Source of the DNA: Cystobasidiomycetes sp. EMM_F5
Taxonomy: Eukaryota
Length of the DNA: 64,000 nt
Direction of reading: 5' to 3'
Assembly: GCA_051047955.1 (NCBI GenBank)
Contig: JBPGPT010000013.1
Coordinates: 186,001-250,000, forward strand
A program made the translations under genes and the position numbers. The notes below the pieces were generated by a model. The model worked only from the letters and a program-made list of their open reading frames with translations, was not told the origin of the DNA and did not search any database. Of the stretch, positions 25,784-37,950 are shown in pieces; the stretch's first letter is position 1; each line of letters opens with the position of its first letter.

Positions 25784-27150
25784 ATGCCCTTCGACAAGAC
25801 TGACGCTTTCCGCGGGCTCGTCGCCTACTTTCCACGCCATGTCAGCTCGTCCAGGTATTGCTACATGTGGTGTAAGCGCAGATGTCCCCGTTCCAGAAGC
25901 AACACTGACGCAGACTTGCTCGATGTTATTGCCAAAGTGATGCACCACGGGACCATAGCGTCGGTAGAACGTATCGAAGCAGGACAGCAAGTAGACTACA
26001 TTTTCGCTCGAAAAGGCGAATCCTTTCTCAACAGGTCTCTCTCGGCATCACAAGCTTACCGACTAGGAGGCTGACTTTTGACCTACTGAAATTCTGTCTA
26101 ATCAGATTCCCTGACGTAGGGTTGCCCGTTGTCGACGTGACATGGATAAGCAAATCTATCGAGACTGGGCGTCTGATTCCCATCGAACGATGTTTATTAC
26201 GTCACGTTGGCCAGGGGAACTCCCCAGTACACTCGCCTCATCAGACGAGTTCCTCCCCCAGACATCAGCCCGCGAGTACGCAGAAGCATGCAGAGGCTTT
26301 CAGCGTGCCCCAACGTTCACAAAGTTCACTTCGTCCATATGTCTCTTCAGGTCCTTTGCCCGTGCCTGCTTTGCCTTCCAGCCCGCTTCCACAAGGTTAT
26401 ACACAGCTGAAACCACTCGATGTGGAGAAACTGCTGGCAGATGCATCGCAATCATCCTCATCCAGCCAGGACGAGCAGCAACCCGCTCGTCCACCTCGGG
26501 CAGCTTCGTCAGAATGGTCATACGGTAGTCGGTCCGACACCTCAAATAACGTCTACAATCCAGTTCAGCAGTGGTCGGTGAATGTACCGGCTCGATTGCC
26601 CAGCGAAGAGCCCAGCTTCACTTACACGGACTCTGATAGCGACAAAGACTCGCCAGTGATAACGGACAATGTGGTCGCCGACACAGAGTTCGCGACCGCT
26701 AATAATGTGAAATGCGAAGATGACAGTCCGCAACGCGATATCAAACAAATGACGAATCCGATCAGTATAAAGTCAAGCCCTTCCTTGTCCACAATCACCA
26801 CTTACGCGGACATCGACGTCAAGCCCAAATTCCCTACAGCCGATACCAAACCCGATGTCTCTCGGCTGGCCCTCGATATTCGCATGCGTCGTATCTCTGA
26901 AGAGGCTAGGCGACTCCGAGAAGCGCCGAAACAGACTGACAGGGCCATAAGTACCGATACGAAGCGGCTCTACATGCGCAGAGACGATTCGCCGTATTAC
27001 AAACACACAGCTGCTTTCGATACTCGATCGCAAGCTAGTCGTTCTTTAGCGGCTGCTGCATTAACAAGCATTCGACCGATCAAAGCTAGAAAATTACCGG
27101 CTCACCAGCTTAGATCTCGCAACCAATGTCTACGCTCGTCATCGCTATAG
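25784..27150 (+). CDS. Protein with N-terminal BRCT-like domain and disordered S/P-rich tail
   Basis: FRGLVAYF...G.I...VDYIFA...LPVVDVTWISKSIETGRLIPIERCLL fits the BRCT F.G...F / W...S pattern. Confidence 0.6.
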
Positions 27151-27551
27151 TGAGTGAAGGGGTGATACCAGGTGGCTGCCTCGGCTCTGCTGATCAGAGG
27201 GCCAGCAACCGCTCCGATGTGCAGACACAGCCAAAGAAGGAAGATGACGCTTCAACATAATGGGTTCATGCAGTCGAACACCCTTGTGTCTGCACCGCTT
27301 CCAACGCTGTACGCAACCTCGATGTGTGCAGTATAATGTCGCGAATATTGTACAACGGAAGGAGGCAGTGCATGAGGCACCCGATATGTAACACAATCAA
27401 CATTCGCACTTCAGATAGATACGAGCCTGTAAACCGATGTGCAATTGCTGCTGGCTATTGCTCGCTCAGTAGTCGCTTCGAGCCGTCCGATACAACTATG
27501 GGGACACCTGAGTTGCATTGAGCGTATATCTTGCTTTGACGTTTAGCAAGG

Positions 27552-27602
27552 GGGCTGGCTGGGCATCACGCAGACCAGGGCTGGCTGGGCATCACGCAGA
27601 CC
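27552..27602. repeat. Tandem direct duplication, 2 x 25 bp (period 26)
   Basis: gggctggctgggcatcacgcagacc at 27552-27576 and 27578-27602. Confidence 0.9.
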
Positions 27603-28648
27603 GAGAACGACTCCTAGATAAGCTGGCCTTTCGCGATGGCGGTGTAGACGGACCTGCTGGCAGCGACGGATTAGACACCTTGGGCTTTTGCGATATCTCA
27701 AACATCCCATGCTCGTCACATTTTAGGAGCGCCCCGTGCACATCCTGAGCATTCAACAGATAACGGACGTCTCCGACTTTGCTGAAGTTATCGAGACTTA
27801 CTTTCACGCGAAAGAATGAGTCTATCGGTACTGACCCTTTCTCGAATGCCGCCGGATAAAGTTCGATGTGAGCCTCACGATTAGAACCTAATGCGGTTAT
27901 ACGAGTTTCCTAGATGCCGCAGAGGACGATAAACATTCCCGACCGCCTTGAAAGTTTGGTTTGCTCTGGCCAGATGGGTGGGCGCCGGGGCCAATTTATC
28001 CAGCGAAGGTCTTCGAGCTCGCAACTCTGCTTCGCCCGTAGCCAACCGCCGCCGCATATATTGCGACTGTGCTTTTTGCACGGACCCTGATAGCGATTCG
28101 GGCACTGTCGACGAGAACTTTCCGTCCCGTGTCACATAGATCCTTCGAAAAGTCATATCCCTAGGCTTCTTCGCTAGTTCACGCCTGTTGATAGCTAGGA
28201 CTCTGTCCGTTGATTCCCAGTACTCTGCTGTAAAGGGCACGATGAATGAGTCCTGGGGAAATGTCTCCAGTATAGGCTCTGGATAGCCCCAATTGGTTGT
28301 GACTCGGGCTCTGTGAGCCTCTGTCATTGCAATGGCCAGAGTGCCATCCAAATCCATCACAAAGACTTTGCCGCATGCTTCATACACCTTGCCAAACCTC
28401 TGCCTGATTGGCGGCACAGATACGATGCGATATTTTGTAGCCAGCCATCGTGCTCCAGGCCGTTGCTCCGCAGACAAGTGACCTTTAGAGAGACGCGATG
28501 GGAATATAACAGCTGGACGCCTTTCGCGAATTGCCTGTAAGCGTTCCGCAGTACGGCTTGGCTTCTCTGGATCTGAATCACTGTCGGTGTGGGAATCCGA
28601 CCTGGTGCGCTGTGGTTTCTTGGGCTGCTGGACGCGGTTGGAAGCCAT
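27592..28648 (-). CDS. Hypothetical basic protein (orphan-like; one probable intron)
   Basis: 255-aa ATG ORF continuing in a second frame to 27592; no recognised domain. Confidence 0.45.
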
Positions 28649-29081
28649 GGTGTTTAGCGATGGTAAGCACGAGAAATCCGGCTTAGAAGTAGCAACAAAC
28701 TCAAGCTAGTTGGACTTGTACTCGCCTTGGACAATCTCGCAGTGCTTGCTCGCGGCTGTGCGCCTTTCTCTGCTCAATCATAGGGCAGTTTCATCTGCGG
28801 TGCCTTTATCGATTCATGGGTCAGAGAAAGGGATCTCGCTGTGCCGCATCTGTATTGTTATGGTCAAGAGAAGATTGATGCAGGACCATATATCGTCAGG
28901 GTTGTGATTGACATGCATCCATTTAGCTGGTCGTGTTAATCACTTGACAATCCAGTCCGCGGCACCGGAGACCTGTTCCGGCTCCCCCCAAGTGCGCAGG
29001 ACAGTAGATCTACGGCTTGTTGTGAACGATATCCATTGTAAAGTTCGCTCTTGATATCTGTTCCGTCGTCCGCTGCCAGCT

Positions 29082-30601
29082 ATGCCTTTCAAGACGCAAG
29101 CCTTTGTGCTCGACAAGGTCGATTCACCATTCAAGTTGCAAACGATAGAGCTGGACGACCCACAGCCCGGAGAAGTACTCGTCGAGATCAAAGCCTGCGG
29201 ACTTTGTCATACGGGTAAGTAGAGGCAGCCTCAAACAAAGCGATGCTCAAAGCTGAACCGCTTTGTATCCCAGACCTACTCATTCAGAATGGTGCATTTC
29301 CTTCGGCGTTTCCAAACACTACAGGTCACGAAGGCTCCGGACAAGTCGTAGCAGTCGGCGAAGGAGTGAGCCGCGTCAAAAAGGGCGACAAAGTCCTGCT
29401 GTCGTTTTCATATTGTCAGGAGTGCAAAGCAAGTGGAGATGACGGGTCAGAATGAGGACACAAAGAGCTGATGCGCGCAGCACACAGGGCTGCAGAGGCG
29501 GTCATCCTGCTGCATGCAAAGACTGGATCTGTGAGTAATCATCCTCCCGGACACTGCAAGTTCTGCTAAGAAGCGTGCTATGGAGCCCTAAACTTTGGGC
29601 GACTTCGACCTGATGGATCAGACACGAATGCCAGCTCAGATGGCAAGCGCATCCACGGAACATTCTTTGGCCAGAGTGCGTTCGCAAAGCATGCTCTGGT
29701 CGTAGAGTCATCTGTGGTCAAGGTTCCGGATGATACAGACCTCGTCATGATGGCACCGTTAGGGTGAGCATGAGTGTACTGTACGAATGCTTCGGGAGGC
29801 GATTGATTGGTCTATGGGCAGCTGTGGATTCCAAACGGGCAGCGGGGCAGTCTTGAATCGTCAGGGGGCCATCTTAGCAGACCAAGCAGGAATCTGACGT
29901 TTGTTCACTCAGTCCTGCGACCAAGCAATCCTCAACATACTTCTATAATTGTCTTTGGAGCGGGAGCTGTGGGCATATCAGCCGTGTTTGCTGCAGCTTC
30001 CATCGATATGAGAAATATCGTTATCGTGGATCTGCTGGATTCTCGTTTGGAATTAGCAAAAACGCTCGGAGCGACTGCCTCGGTCAACGGAAAGGACCCC
30101 GGTGAGCATAGGTCTGCTTCAGGCTTTTTGCAGGAGCTGACGTGATATACGAACCTTCTCCAGATCTGGTGGAGAAATTGCTAAAACTGACTGACGGCGG
30201 CGCGGAGTTCGTCGTGGAAGCAACTGGAGCTGCACCATGTATCAAAGCGGGCTGGCAAAGCATGTGTAACTTTGGCAAGATGGTTAGTGATTCATTGCCC
30301 ATTAGTATCGCTATACCGCGCTGACAGCGGTCTTCATCAGGTGCAACTCGGCACACCCGGCCCAGGTCATGACAACCCGGTACCCATTCACGAAGCTGTT
30401 TGTACCAGCAAGCAGTACATGGGTCTATGCGAAGGAGATTCCAACCCGCCTGTATACATTCCCAAGCTCGTCCAGCTATACAAGGATGGCAAGTTTCCGG
30501 TCGACAAGATCAGCAAGGTATACTCGTTCGAGCAGTTTGACGAAGCTGTTCATGCCATGCACGATGGCAGTGTCATCAAGCCCATCATTCAGTTCTCGTG
30601 A
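29082..30601 (+). CDS. Zn-dependent medium-chain alcohol dehydrogenase (aryl/benzyl-alcohol DH-like)
   Basis: CGLCHT|D, GHEGSG, structural Zn CQECK|GCRGGHPAAC, FFGQSAFA, APLG|CGFQTGSGAV, GAGAVG, GSVIKPII. Confidence 0.93.
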
Positions 30602-30825
30602 GAAGGCCTTGCGACTGCCAGCGCAAGAATGATCCCGTCTCCAGCGCAGCCGAAGCAAGTGTGTCTGATAGTTAGCATCCAATAATGTGCATACCTTTCG
30701 CAACAACATATACGCATGTCGTACTGGAGACGCGTTTCTATCCACGTGACTTCGAGCTTGAACTCTTCTGCCGATGTGGTCGACGTGATTGCTTTTCTTT
30801 CTGTCGACGACTGTTTGAGGCAAGC

Positions 30826-31811
30826 ATGGCTGCGGCTCTGTATGGCTCACTTCTGAAGCCAGCAGCGGATGCGACGGAGCTCCTGTCTGGCGTGCTTCAT
30901 CCGACCTATGCCCCGTATCCGTGGGCGCTGGTATTGCACGCAGCTCGAATCAGCCACGTCTTTTCGACAAAAGTCAAGGGAGCAGGCCATAAATTGACGC
31001 CGGGTCAACATATGGCTGGATTTCTCGTGATGGTGGGTCGAATGCTGTCCGGCGCGCGTTCAAGTAGCTGATGTCCGTGCCTTGACAGGCATGGGGAGGA
31101 GCACTTTGGGTCAACGCGCTGTTGTGTCAACCCCCGCCGCAGTTGTATTCGACTGCGCCGTGGATCATTTACTGCACCACTCATGCTGTGCTCAACACTG
31201 TCTTTTCGTTTGTTCCGTGGCCGTCTGGCAAGCTCGTCGACTCGGTCTTCCCAGTCATTGACGCAATCTGTCGGAGCGGGGCTATAGTCGGTGCTGTATC
31301 GGCAGTTCGAGCGCATCCTAATCCGCTCGTGGCCAATAGTCTGCTCGCTCAAGTCATCATTGGCGGAGTCGCTTCCGTAGGCGGAGGTGCAGCGGCGGGA
31401 TTCTTTGGCGTTTGGGACAAGGAGTGGAGTCTAAAAACGCCAGCTTTCCTCAAGGGGTACGTCTGTTGTATTGTAACTATCTACAAGACTGCGCTGACCT
31501 GTTCAATTTGCAGCGGCATTATTGCTACTATGGATCTCTGGGCTGGTTCCATCGCAGCGATAATATATGGCATTGCTACTCTTTCAAATCCTGCTTATGA
31601 ACAAGCAGCAACGTATCTCGTAGGATCGCCAAAGGCCATGATGACACCGCTGGGCGGACGGGCGCTAGTAGTCATCTTCCTGAGCGTTATGTACTTTATT
31701 CGCGTATTCAGCATCCATTACGCGCCAAGAATGACAAGCAAGCCCGTCGCTAATGGTACGACACAGAAGCGAGCCATCAAGCCGGTTCCAAAGGAGAAGA
31801 AGGTGCAGTGA
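30826..31811 (+). CDS. Multi-pass membrane protein, TRIC/TMEM38-like
   Basis: Several hydrophobic helices; M|AWGGALWVNALLCQPP, DAICRSGAIVGAV, AQVIIGGVASVGGG; basic KK tail. Confidence 0.65.
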
Positions 31812-32045
31812 AAGTTGGGGAAACATAAATGCCGAGGCACGTCAGGAAGGCCCGGGGTATGGTAGAGATGGGGAATGAAGGAGATGTTGTGCATAGCAGA
31901 GTACGGCGAATGAAAGCAGCAGAATTTGGGCAGTATGCCAAGTTGTCAGTCGCGTCCGGATCAGCGGGATCATTGTTCATCCGAGTGTTTGCAAGCTCTT
32001 TCTTCTCGTGCGACTCGCGTCGACGACTGCTTGTCTGGTCTAGCA

Positions 32046-33697
32046 ATGTTCTCTGGCGTGAATATCAGCTTTGTCGACTTTGTCAATGACAGAGGTCGGT
32101 CAAAGGCTTACTTGCACAACCCGCTGCTTCTCCAGGAATCGTCACTGAATGATGCTGATGTTGATGCAGCCGAACTGGCTTTTCGAGCTGGCTTGCATTA
32201 CATAGTATCTGGTGGGCTTATATCATCCTACTGCAGGATATCTCTCGCTCATATTTTCCCCAGGCTCGTTCAAGTCCGCCGCGCTGTATCTGCTGGCTTT
32301 CGACCCGATACAACGGAGCTTGAATGTAGTCTCCACAATAGATGCATACGGTCCGCATCAATACCTCGCTACAAACGCGGATCGCACACATATCTACGCT
32401 ACAACATGGGCAAGCCCTCCGATACTCTCCTCGTTTGCAGTGGAACCAGCTCTTCCGGGACAAGCTCAACCGCCGAGCATAAAGCATCTCAATAATGTGG
32501 ATATTCGTGAGCTGCTGTATGATCCGTATCGTCTGCGTAATGACTGAAAGTTGCCCTTACAGCCGCCACCTCCTCTTACGTTTCGATTGTAGGAAATCGT
32601 CTTTACTCCGCGGGAGGCCACTATGCAGAGGTGCACGAAATACTCCCTAATGGCGCAATTGGCTCGAAGACCCAGCAGCTGGAATATTTGCCGTCCGCTC
32701 AAATGGCAAACGCCGACCGGACACGAAAAGCGCTTGTGAGCATGGAGCGAGCTTTTGACCATTATATATTGCCAACGAAAGATCACCACAGCGCGTTGGA
32801 GCTCACGGCTTCGACCTCGACCCAAGTGGAAAGGCATACGTTCCTCATCTGTGGGTGCACATTTGTAGAAAGATAATTTGCAGAAGCTTATCCCGTGTGT
32901 TCGCAGCGGGACGAACTCGATCTGGATATACGAAGCGGACAAGCTTAGAGCAGGGAATCAACTCCATCTCGTCCGGGAGGTCACATCGCCCAGGCCGCAC
33001 GACGGACCACGTCATGTTTGGCCGTCTCCGAATGGCAAGCTATTGTATTCGGTAAGATTTGTAATGTGAATGTTCTTGACATAGCTAATAAGTTTATTGA
33101 TCGCCAGGTTACTGAACACAGTAAGTTCCTCTCGCGACAATACAGACAGTCTCAATATCTGAAATGAGCTGATGTGACGCCCAGCAAATTTCATCGATGT
33201 GTACGAAATCCGTGGAAATACGTTGAAGCACAAACAGTCTGGACAGATCGTTCCAAAGCGTGAGATTAGCAGACTGAAGAGCGCAAGTCTCAAACTGACG
33301 TCGTCAAGCAGATCTTGATTCCAGTAAATACAGGGGCAATACATTGAGGCTATCGCGGGATGGGCGTTTCATCTTCGGCAGCACGAGAGGGTCCACGCCC
33401 GATATCAATGGCTACGTGGCGGCATTCGAGCTGGATGGCGCGGGTTGGCTGCAAAGCACGGACCCTGTGGCTTATCACGAGATGCCAGCATCTGGCGGAA
33501 TTGCTGGCGCAATTGAACCTGCCCTTTTTAAAGGCTCTGAGGGCATACACGGACAAGACTACATCCTGCTCGTTGACGAGCAAGTCGGCTTTGTCAGCGT
33601 CCTAGGGTGGTCTGGCTTTGAGCGACAATTTACAGAAGTCGCAAAGACCCGACTGCCTGACGAGGCTTCTGCAAGTCACGCGTTATGGCTTTCGTAG
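32046..33697 (+). CDS. Beta-propeller lactonase (3-carboxy-cis,cis-muconate lactonizing enzyme / 6-phosphogluconolactonase family)
   Basis: HYIVSG|SF..LYLLAFD; IYATTWA; GAHGFD; GPRHVWPSPNGK.LYS|VTEH; YRGNTLRLSRDG; SHALWLS. Confidence 0.85.
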
Positions 33698-33794
33698 AGA
33701 GTCGTATTATCTTGAGATCATCGTGCATTGACAACAATCAGGAAATTTGACGCAAGCGCTACATCGGACGTGTCGGACATTGCTACATTGTTTG

Positions 33795-35185
33795 CTACAC
33801 CTTAGGCCTCTTGCGAGGAATGAAAAGAGATGGAGCTGGAGGTCTCGCAGCTTTGCCAAGCATCGGCAGAGGCGGAAGGGAAGCAGCGGAAGGCAGTAAA
33901 GGTGCAGAATTGGCAGGAACTGGAGGCGATAAGTGGAGAGGTGGAGATTGTGCACTGGACGACGTAGCTGGAGGCGAGCCAGGCTCTGGTGATGACGCAC
34001 AGGATGTGTATAGAGGTGGCGATTGTGCAGAAGCAGCGTGCGCTATCTTGTCAATATGCTTGGCGGAAATAGGACGTCGCGTGATGCCAGGTATGGCTTT
34101 GGTTGGTTTGGCCCCAGGGACCCGGGAATCCTGACCTGGACCGTTTCTCGCTGCAGACTGCCTGGTTGCCTCCATGTCTCCTTGCCGAACCTGCGGGAGG
34201 GTTCTTGTCTGCCTGGGTCCCGGAAACTCTTCATGAGCCACGTCCGGGCCCGTGTCATCTATCTTGAAGGGCTGGCTGATACTAGATTCGACAGGTTGAG
34301 GGACTGGAATCCTCCGCACCACCGTCCGCACCTTGCATTGCGACGGTACGCAGGTAGTATCGAACGCTTCCGCATACGTTGGAGGCTTCGCTGCAGATGC
34401 TGGACGCCCACTTATCGCCTCATCGAGCCGGGATGCTACAGCTCTCGTATACTTGGGTGGAGTGTAGGTAGCCGCAGAGATTGCTCCAGCTCGTTCTCTA
34501 GCTTTGTCCATCATACTCTTTGGACCTTTGTACTCCCTCTGCGTCCACGGCATTGGTCGCTTTATGAAGAATCCAACCTTCTTGGGCCGTCTTACGCCAA
34601 GTATTCGACGCTTGTCGAAACCCAAGCGCGGGTCAACAACAACGCGTCTGCTTAGTTTCAGATCTCTCAGCGCTGCTACACGCTCTTTGAGTCGGTTACC
34701 GGCAGTTGCTAGCCGTTCTTCTCGTGCGATCTGTTCGTCATAGTACAAGTCTCGAAACGATACGGGCTCGACGCTGTTGTTACCAGTCTGTATTGATGGC
34801 GCAGAGTACGGTACAGCTGACGTGCTTGCTTGTGGAGCGACTAAGCCGCGGTTCTCTGCTACGACTGGAAAGTCCCGGATGAAGAAGCGTTGCCATATTT
34901 CTGATAGATGTAGTCCAAAATCGAGCCATTACATCAGCCATATTTTCGGATCTGGCTCGAAACATCCGCAAGCTCACCCTCGTCCTGTTCAGCTATGTGA
35001 GGACTGTACTCTTCAATCTCGCGCAGCTGCTCTACGCGACAACCGGGCAGGATGTCCTTGAGCATATCGTAGGGGGTATCGCCGACATCGGACAGGTAAG
35101 CGACGTTGGTCTGGAGGATCTGTTTGCACAAGTCTGAGAGCCGCGGGACTTGGGCTGGATGGGTGTTGTGGAGATGCCAGGACAT
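33795..35185 (-). CDS. ELA1: Elongin A-like protein
   Basis: BC box VPRLSDLCKQIL; DVGDTPYDMLKDIL..EQLREIEEYSPHI; SFRDLYYDEQ; ends SLFIPRKRPK. Confidence 0.82.
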
Positions 35186-35378
35186 TGTATTTGGATGCGT
35201 TGTTTTCTGTCGAGCGGTTCAGAATGTGATGGGTTTGGATGTTTGCAGAGTGAGCATGGTGAGCATACTGCGATAACCCGGCATCAGTCATCGCATCATG
35301 TCTGCAGTATGCTTGACCGTTCGATACGTTTGAAGACAACTTATAATGCCGGTCATTCTCTGAACAACTGACCATTGG

Positions 35379-36325
35379 ATGTGGACGGTCAGGGCACCAG
35401 CGATATCACTCGACAAGGGCAACAGCGTCGACGACGATGACCAGGATGAATTCTACGACGCCAGCGACGAGCCGCCAGCTTTCCCCATGCTCGGGTCGAT
35501 ACAGCGAGCCCAGCAGCCATCGGCAGCGGGCAGCACCCCGAGCTTCAACGTCGTAGCCCCTCCGAGCCCTACGTCCTCCACGTCCTCCTACTCTGATGCC
35601 TCTGGCGCTTCCACGCCGCGAGCGAGCAGTAACACCGTCCCAGCTTTCCAATTCACAGCCCCAAAGACGAGCAGTACAAAAGCTGCTGCCCGCCCAGCGC
35701 CATCGCATAGAGCATTCGCTCCTGAACCTGACGAAGTCTTGAATGGACGTCAGGTCGTTTCAAGATCTGGGGGCATTGGCAGTCTATTGCCGCCACCGAC
35801 AACGACGACTGTTCCGACCAAAGTCCGCAAGAAGTTTGCACTGCAGCCTGGACATTCGGCGTTGGACTGGGCGAGGATAATGAAGGAGGGCGGGGATGAC
35901 CTGAGGGTGAGCTGGCAGTCTCGAGACGGTCGCACAGGTTGACAGTCTAGACAGGCTGGATACGATTCACCTCAACGCATCACGCTGTCCGAGGTCAAGG
36001 AGCATAGAAGGCGCGACGATGCCTGGAGCGTCTTCAACGGCAAGGTGTACAACATCACGCCGTATCTCAACTACCACCCGGGAGGTGTACAAGAGCTCAT
36101 GCGCGTTGCAGGGAGGGATGGTGAGTGGGCCCACCTGTCAATGACAAACGTCTGCTGAAGTGTATTGCTTGGCTCAAAGGCACGGATCTCTTCAGTACGT
36201 CTGGTAATACTCAAGCCTAGTCTTGGTTGACTGATTCACTGCTGTCCACAGTGAAGACGCACGCCTGGGTGAATGCGGAGCTCATGCTCGAGGCCTGTCT
36301 GATAGGCTTTCTCGTTCGGGAGTAG
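35379..36325 (+). CDS. Cytochrome b5-like heme-binding protein (Irc21/NCB5OR N-terminal type)
   Basis: RKKFALQPGHSALDWA; DAWSVFNGKVYNITPYLNYHPGG; HAWVNAELMLEACLIGFL. Confidence 0.88.
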
Positions 36326-36529
36326 ATAGTTGTCAGTGCATAATGTCAGTCCATAGTATTGCAGTATCGCGAACCTGTTGTTGCCAGACTATCAGCTTGG
36401 ATTCTTGACAGTCAGCGAGTGGCGTCAATTCGACTTTCATTAATGAATCTTGGTGATCCTCTTTGACGGAGACCAACAAGGTGGCCTTCTGTACACAGCT
36501 CGCCATTACATTCCACCTCTGCAACAATC

Positions 36530-37479
36530 ATGTCTGGAAACCTCGATAACGCCAATCCTATCGTCCACTCTGCTGGCAAAGCTCGGCAGAACAAGCTCAC
36601 GGCTTTCCTGGACGAAGATGCAGAAGCGTTTGAGGCTTTTGGATCACAAGACGATGGATACTCGAGTATGGAAGATGCAGACAGCAGTATCCAAGCAGAT
36701 CCTGCAAAGAATGCCGGCTCTGACGAAGTCAAAGAAGATATCGATGCGGACGAGATTTACGGCAAGCATGGCATACTGGCGACATGGCGACATGAGGCTA
36801 ACGATTTCAACAGACTTGATTAGGTCCATTACGGATCCCGAACACCCTCTCACGCTCGAGCAATTGGCAGTCGTGTCGGCTGACCAGATTAAAGTCAACA
36901 ATGGGCCACGACCGTCAATTAATCTTCAGTTTAGTAGGTGTGAATCGGAAACGAGTAGAAAAGCTGTCTAATCGCTGTCCGTAATGCTTCGTAACGTCAT
37001 TTCAACCGAGTGAGTTTTGGGTCGATATACTTTCAGTGTTCGCTTAAAAGGTCTGATTCCCTCAATCCACAGCGCTATTCTTTTGCAGCGCCAACCATAC
37101 CTCACTGTAGCATGGCTACTTTAATAGGTGAGTGTTTTCTCGTCGCTTCCGCTCAACTCGGCGCTTAGCTGTATTCTTCGGAAGGATTATCTCTGCGGGT
37201 CCGCCTCCTGCGAGCACTTCCAGACCGATACAAGGTCGATATCAAAGTCAAAGAAGGTTCACACGAGAGTGAAAGGTCGCGTACGTCGAGGAAACACTGT
37301 TGACGCCTTAACTTGCGGGAATACAGGCTGATTTAACTATTTTGGCTTCAGTCAATAAACAGCTCAATGACAAAGAGAGAGTAGCGGCAGCACTTGAAAA
37401 CACACATCTCCTTGAGGTCGTTCAGAACTGCCTTGCTACTGCTGGTCAACGCGGTAAAGAAATTGCCGTAGCTGCTTGA
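36530..37479 (+). CDS. CIA2: Cytosolic Fe-S assembly factor Cia2/FAM96B (MIP18)
   Basis: [60 protein letters not shown]. Confidence 0.93.
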
Positions 37480-37950
37480 GGCGTCCCGCCGCGCTTTTTG
37501 CAACACTCCCCGCCCAGTGCAGCACACCTTACGCGATGCAGTACGAAGCAGTAGAGTACATCGACTTGGCAATTCATCTGATTCGGATGAGTCGAATAGC
37601 CCTCAGTCGGGAGAGCGGAGACATCACGCAATATACGCGGCCAGATCCAGCCCACTGCACGAGGCCGACTGTTTCTGGAATACCGTCGTCATTGTAGGCG
37701 GAGCAAATCTCCATCACAAATTCCATGCAGATGGTCGAGCCGTAAAAGCAGCTTCCGGCGAGCCAGTCAACCCCGTGAAGTGTAGAAACAAAGGGGGCTT
37801 GGGATCATTGTTTGCATTTTCCTCGTGGACCATGTCCATTCCTGTAGCGCTACAAATTCTCTTTACAATTGTCAAGACTGCTCTCCACCCATGCATTTTC
37901 ACTGTATTTATAATAGTACTACTGCTCAACTGCTCAACTGCTCATCGAGA

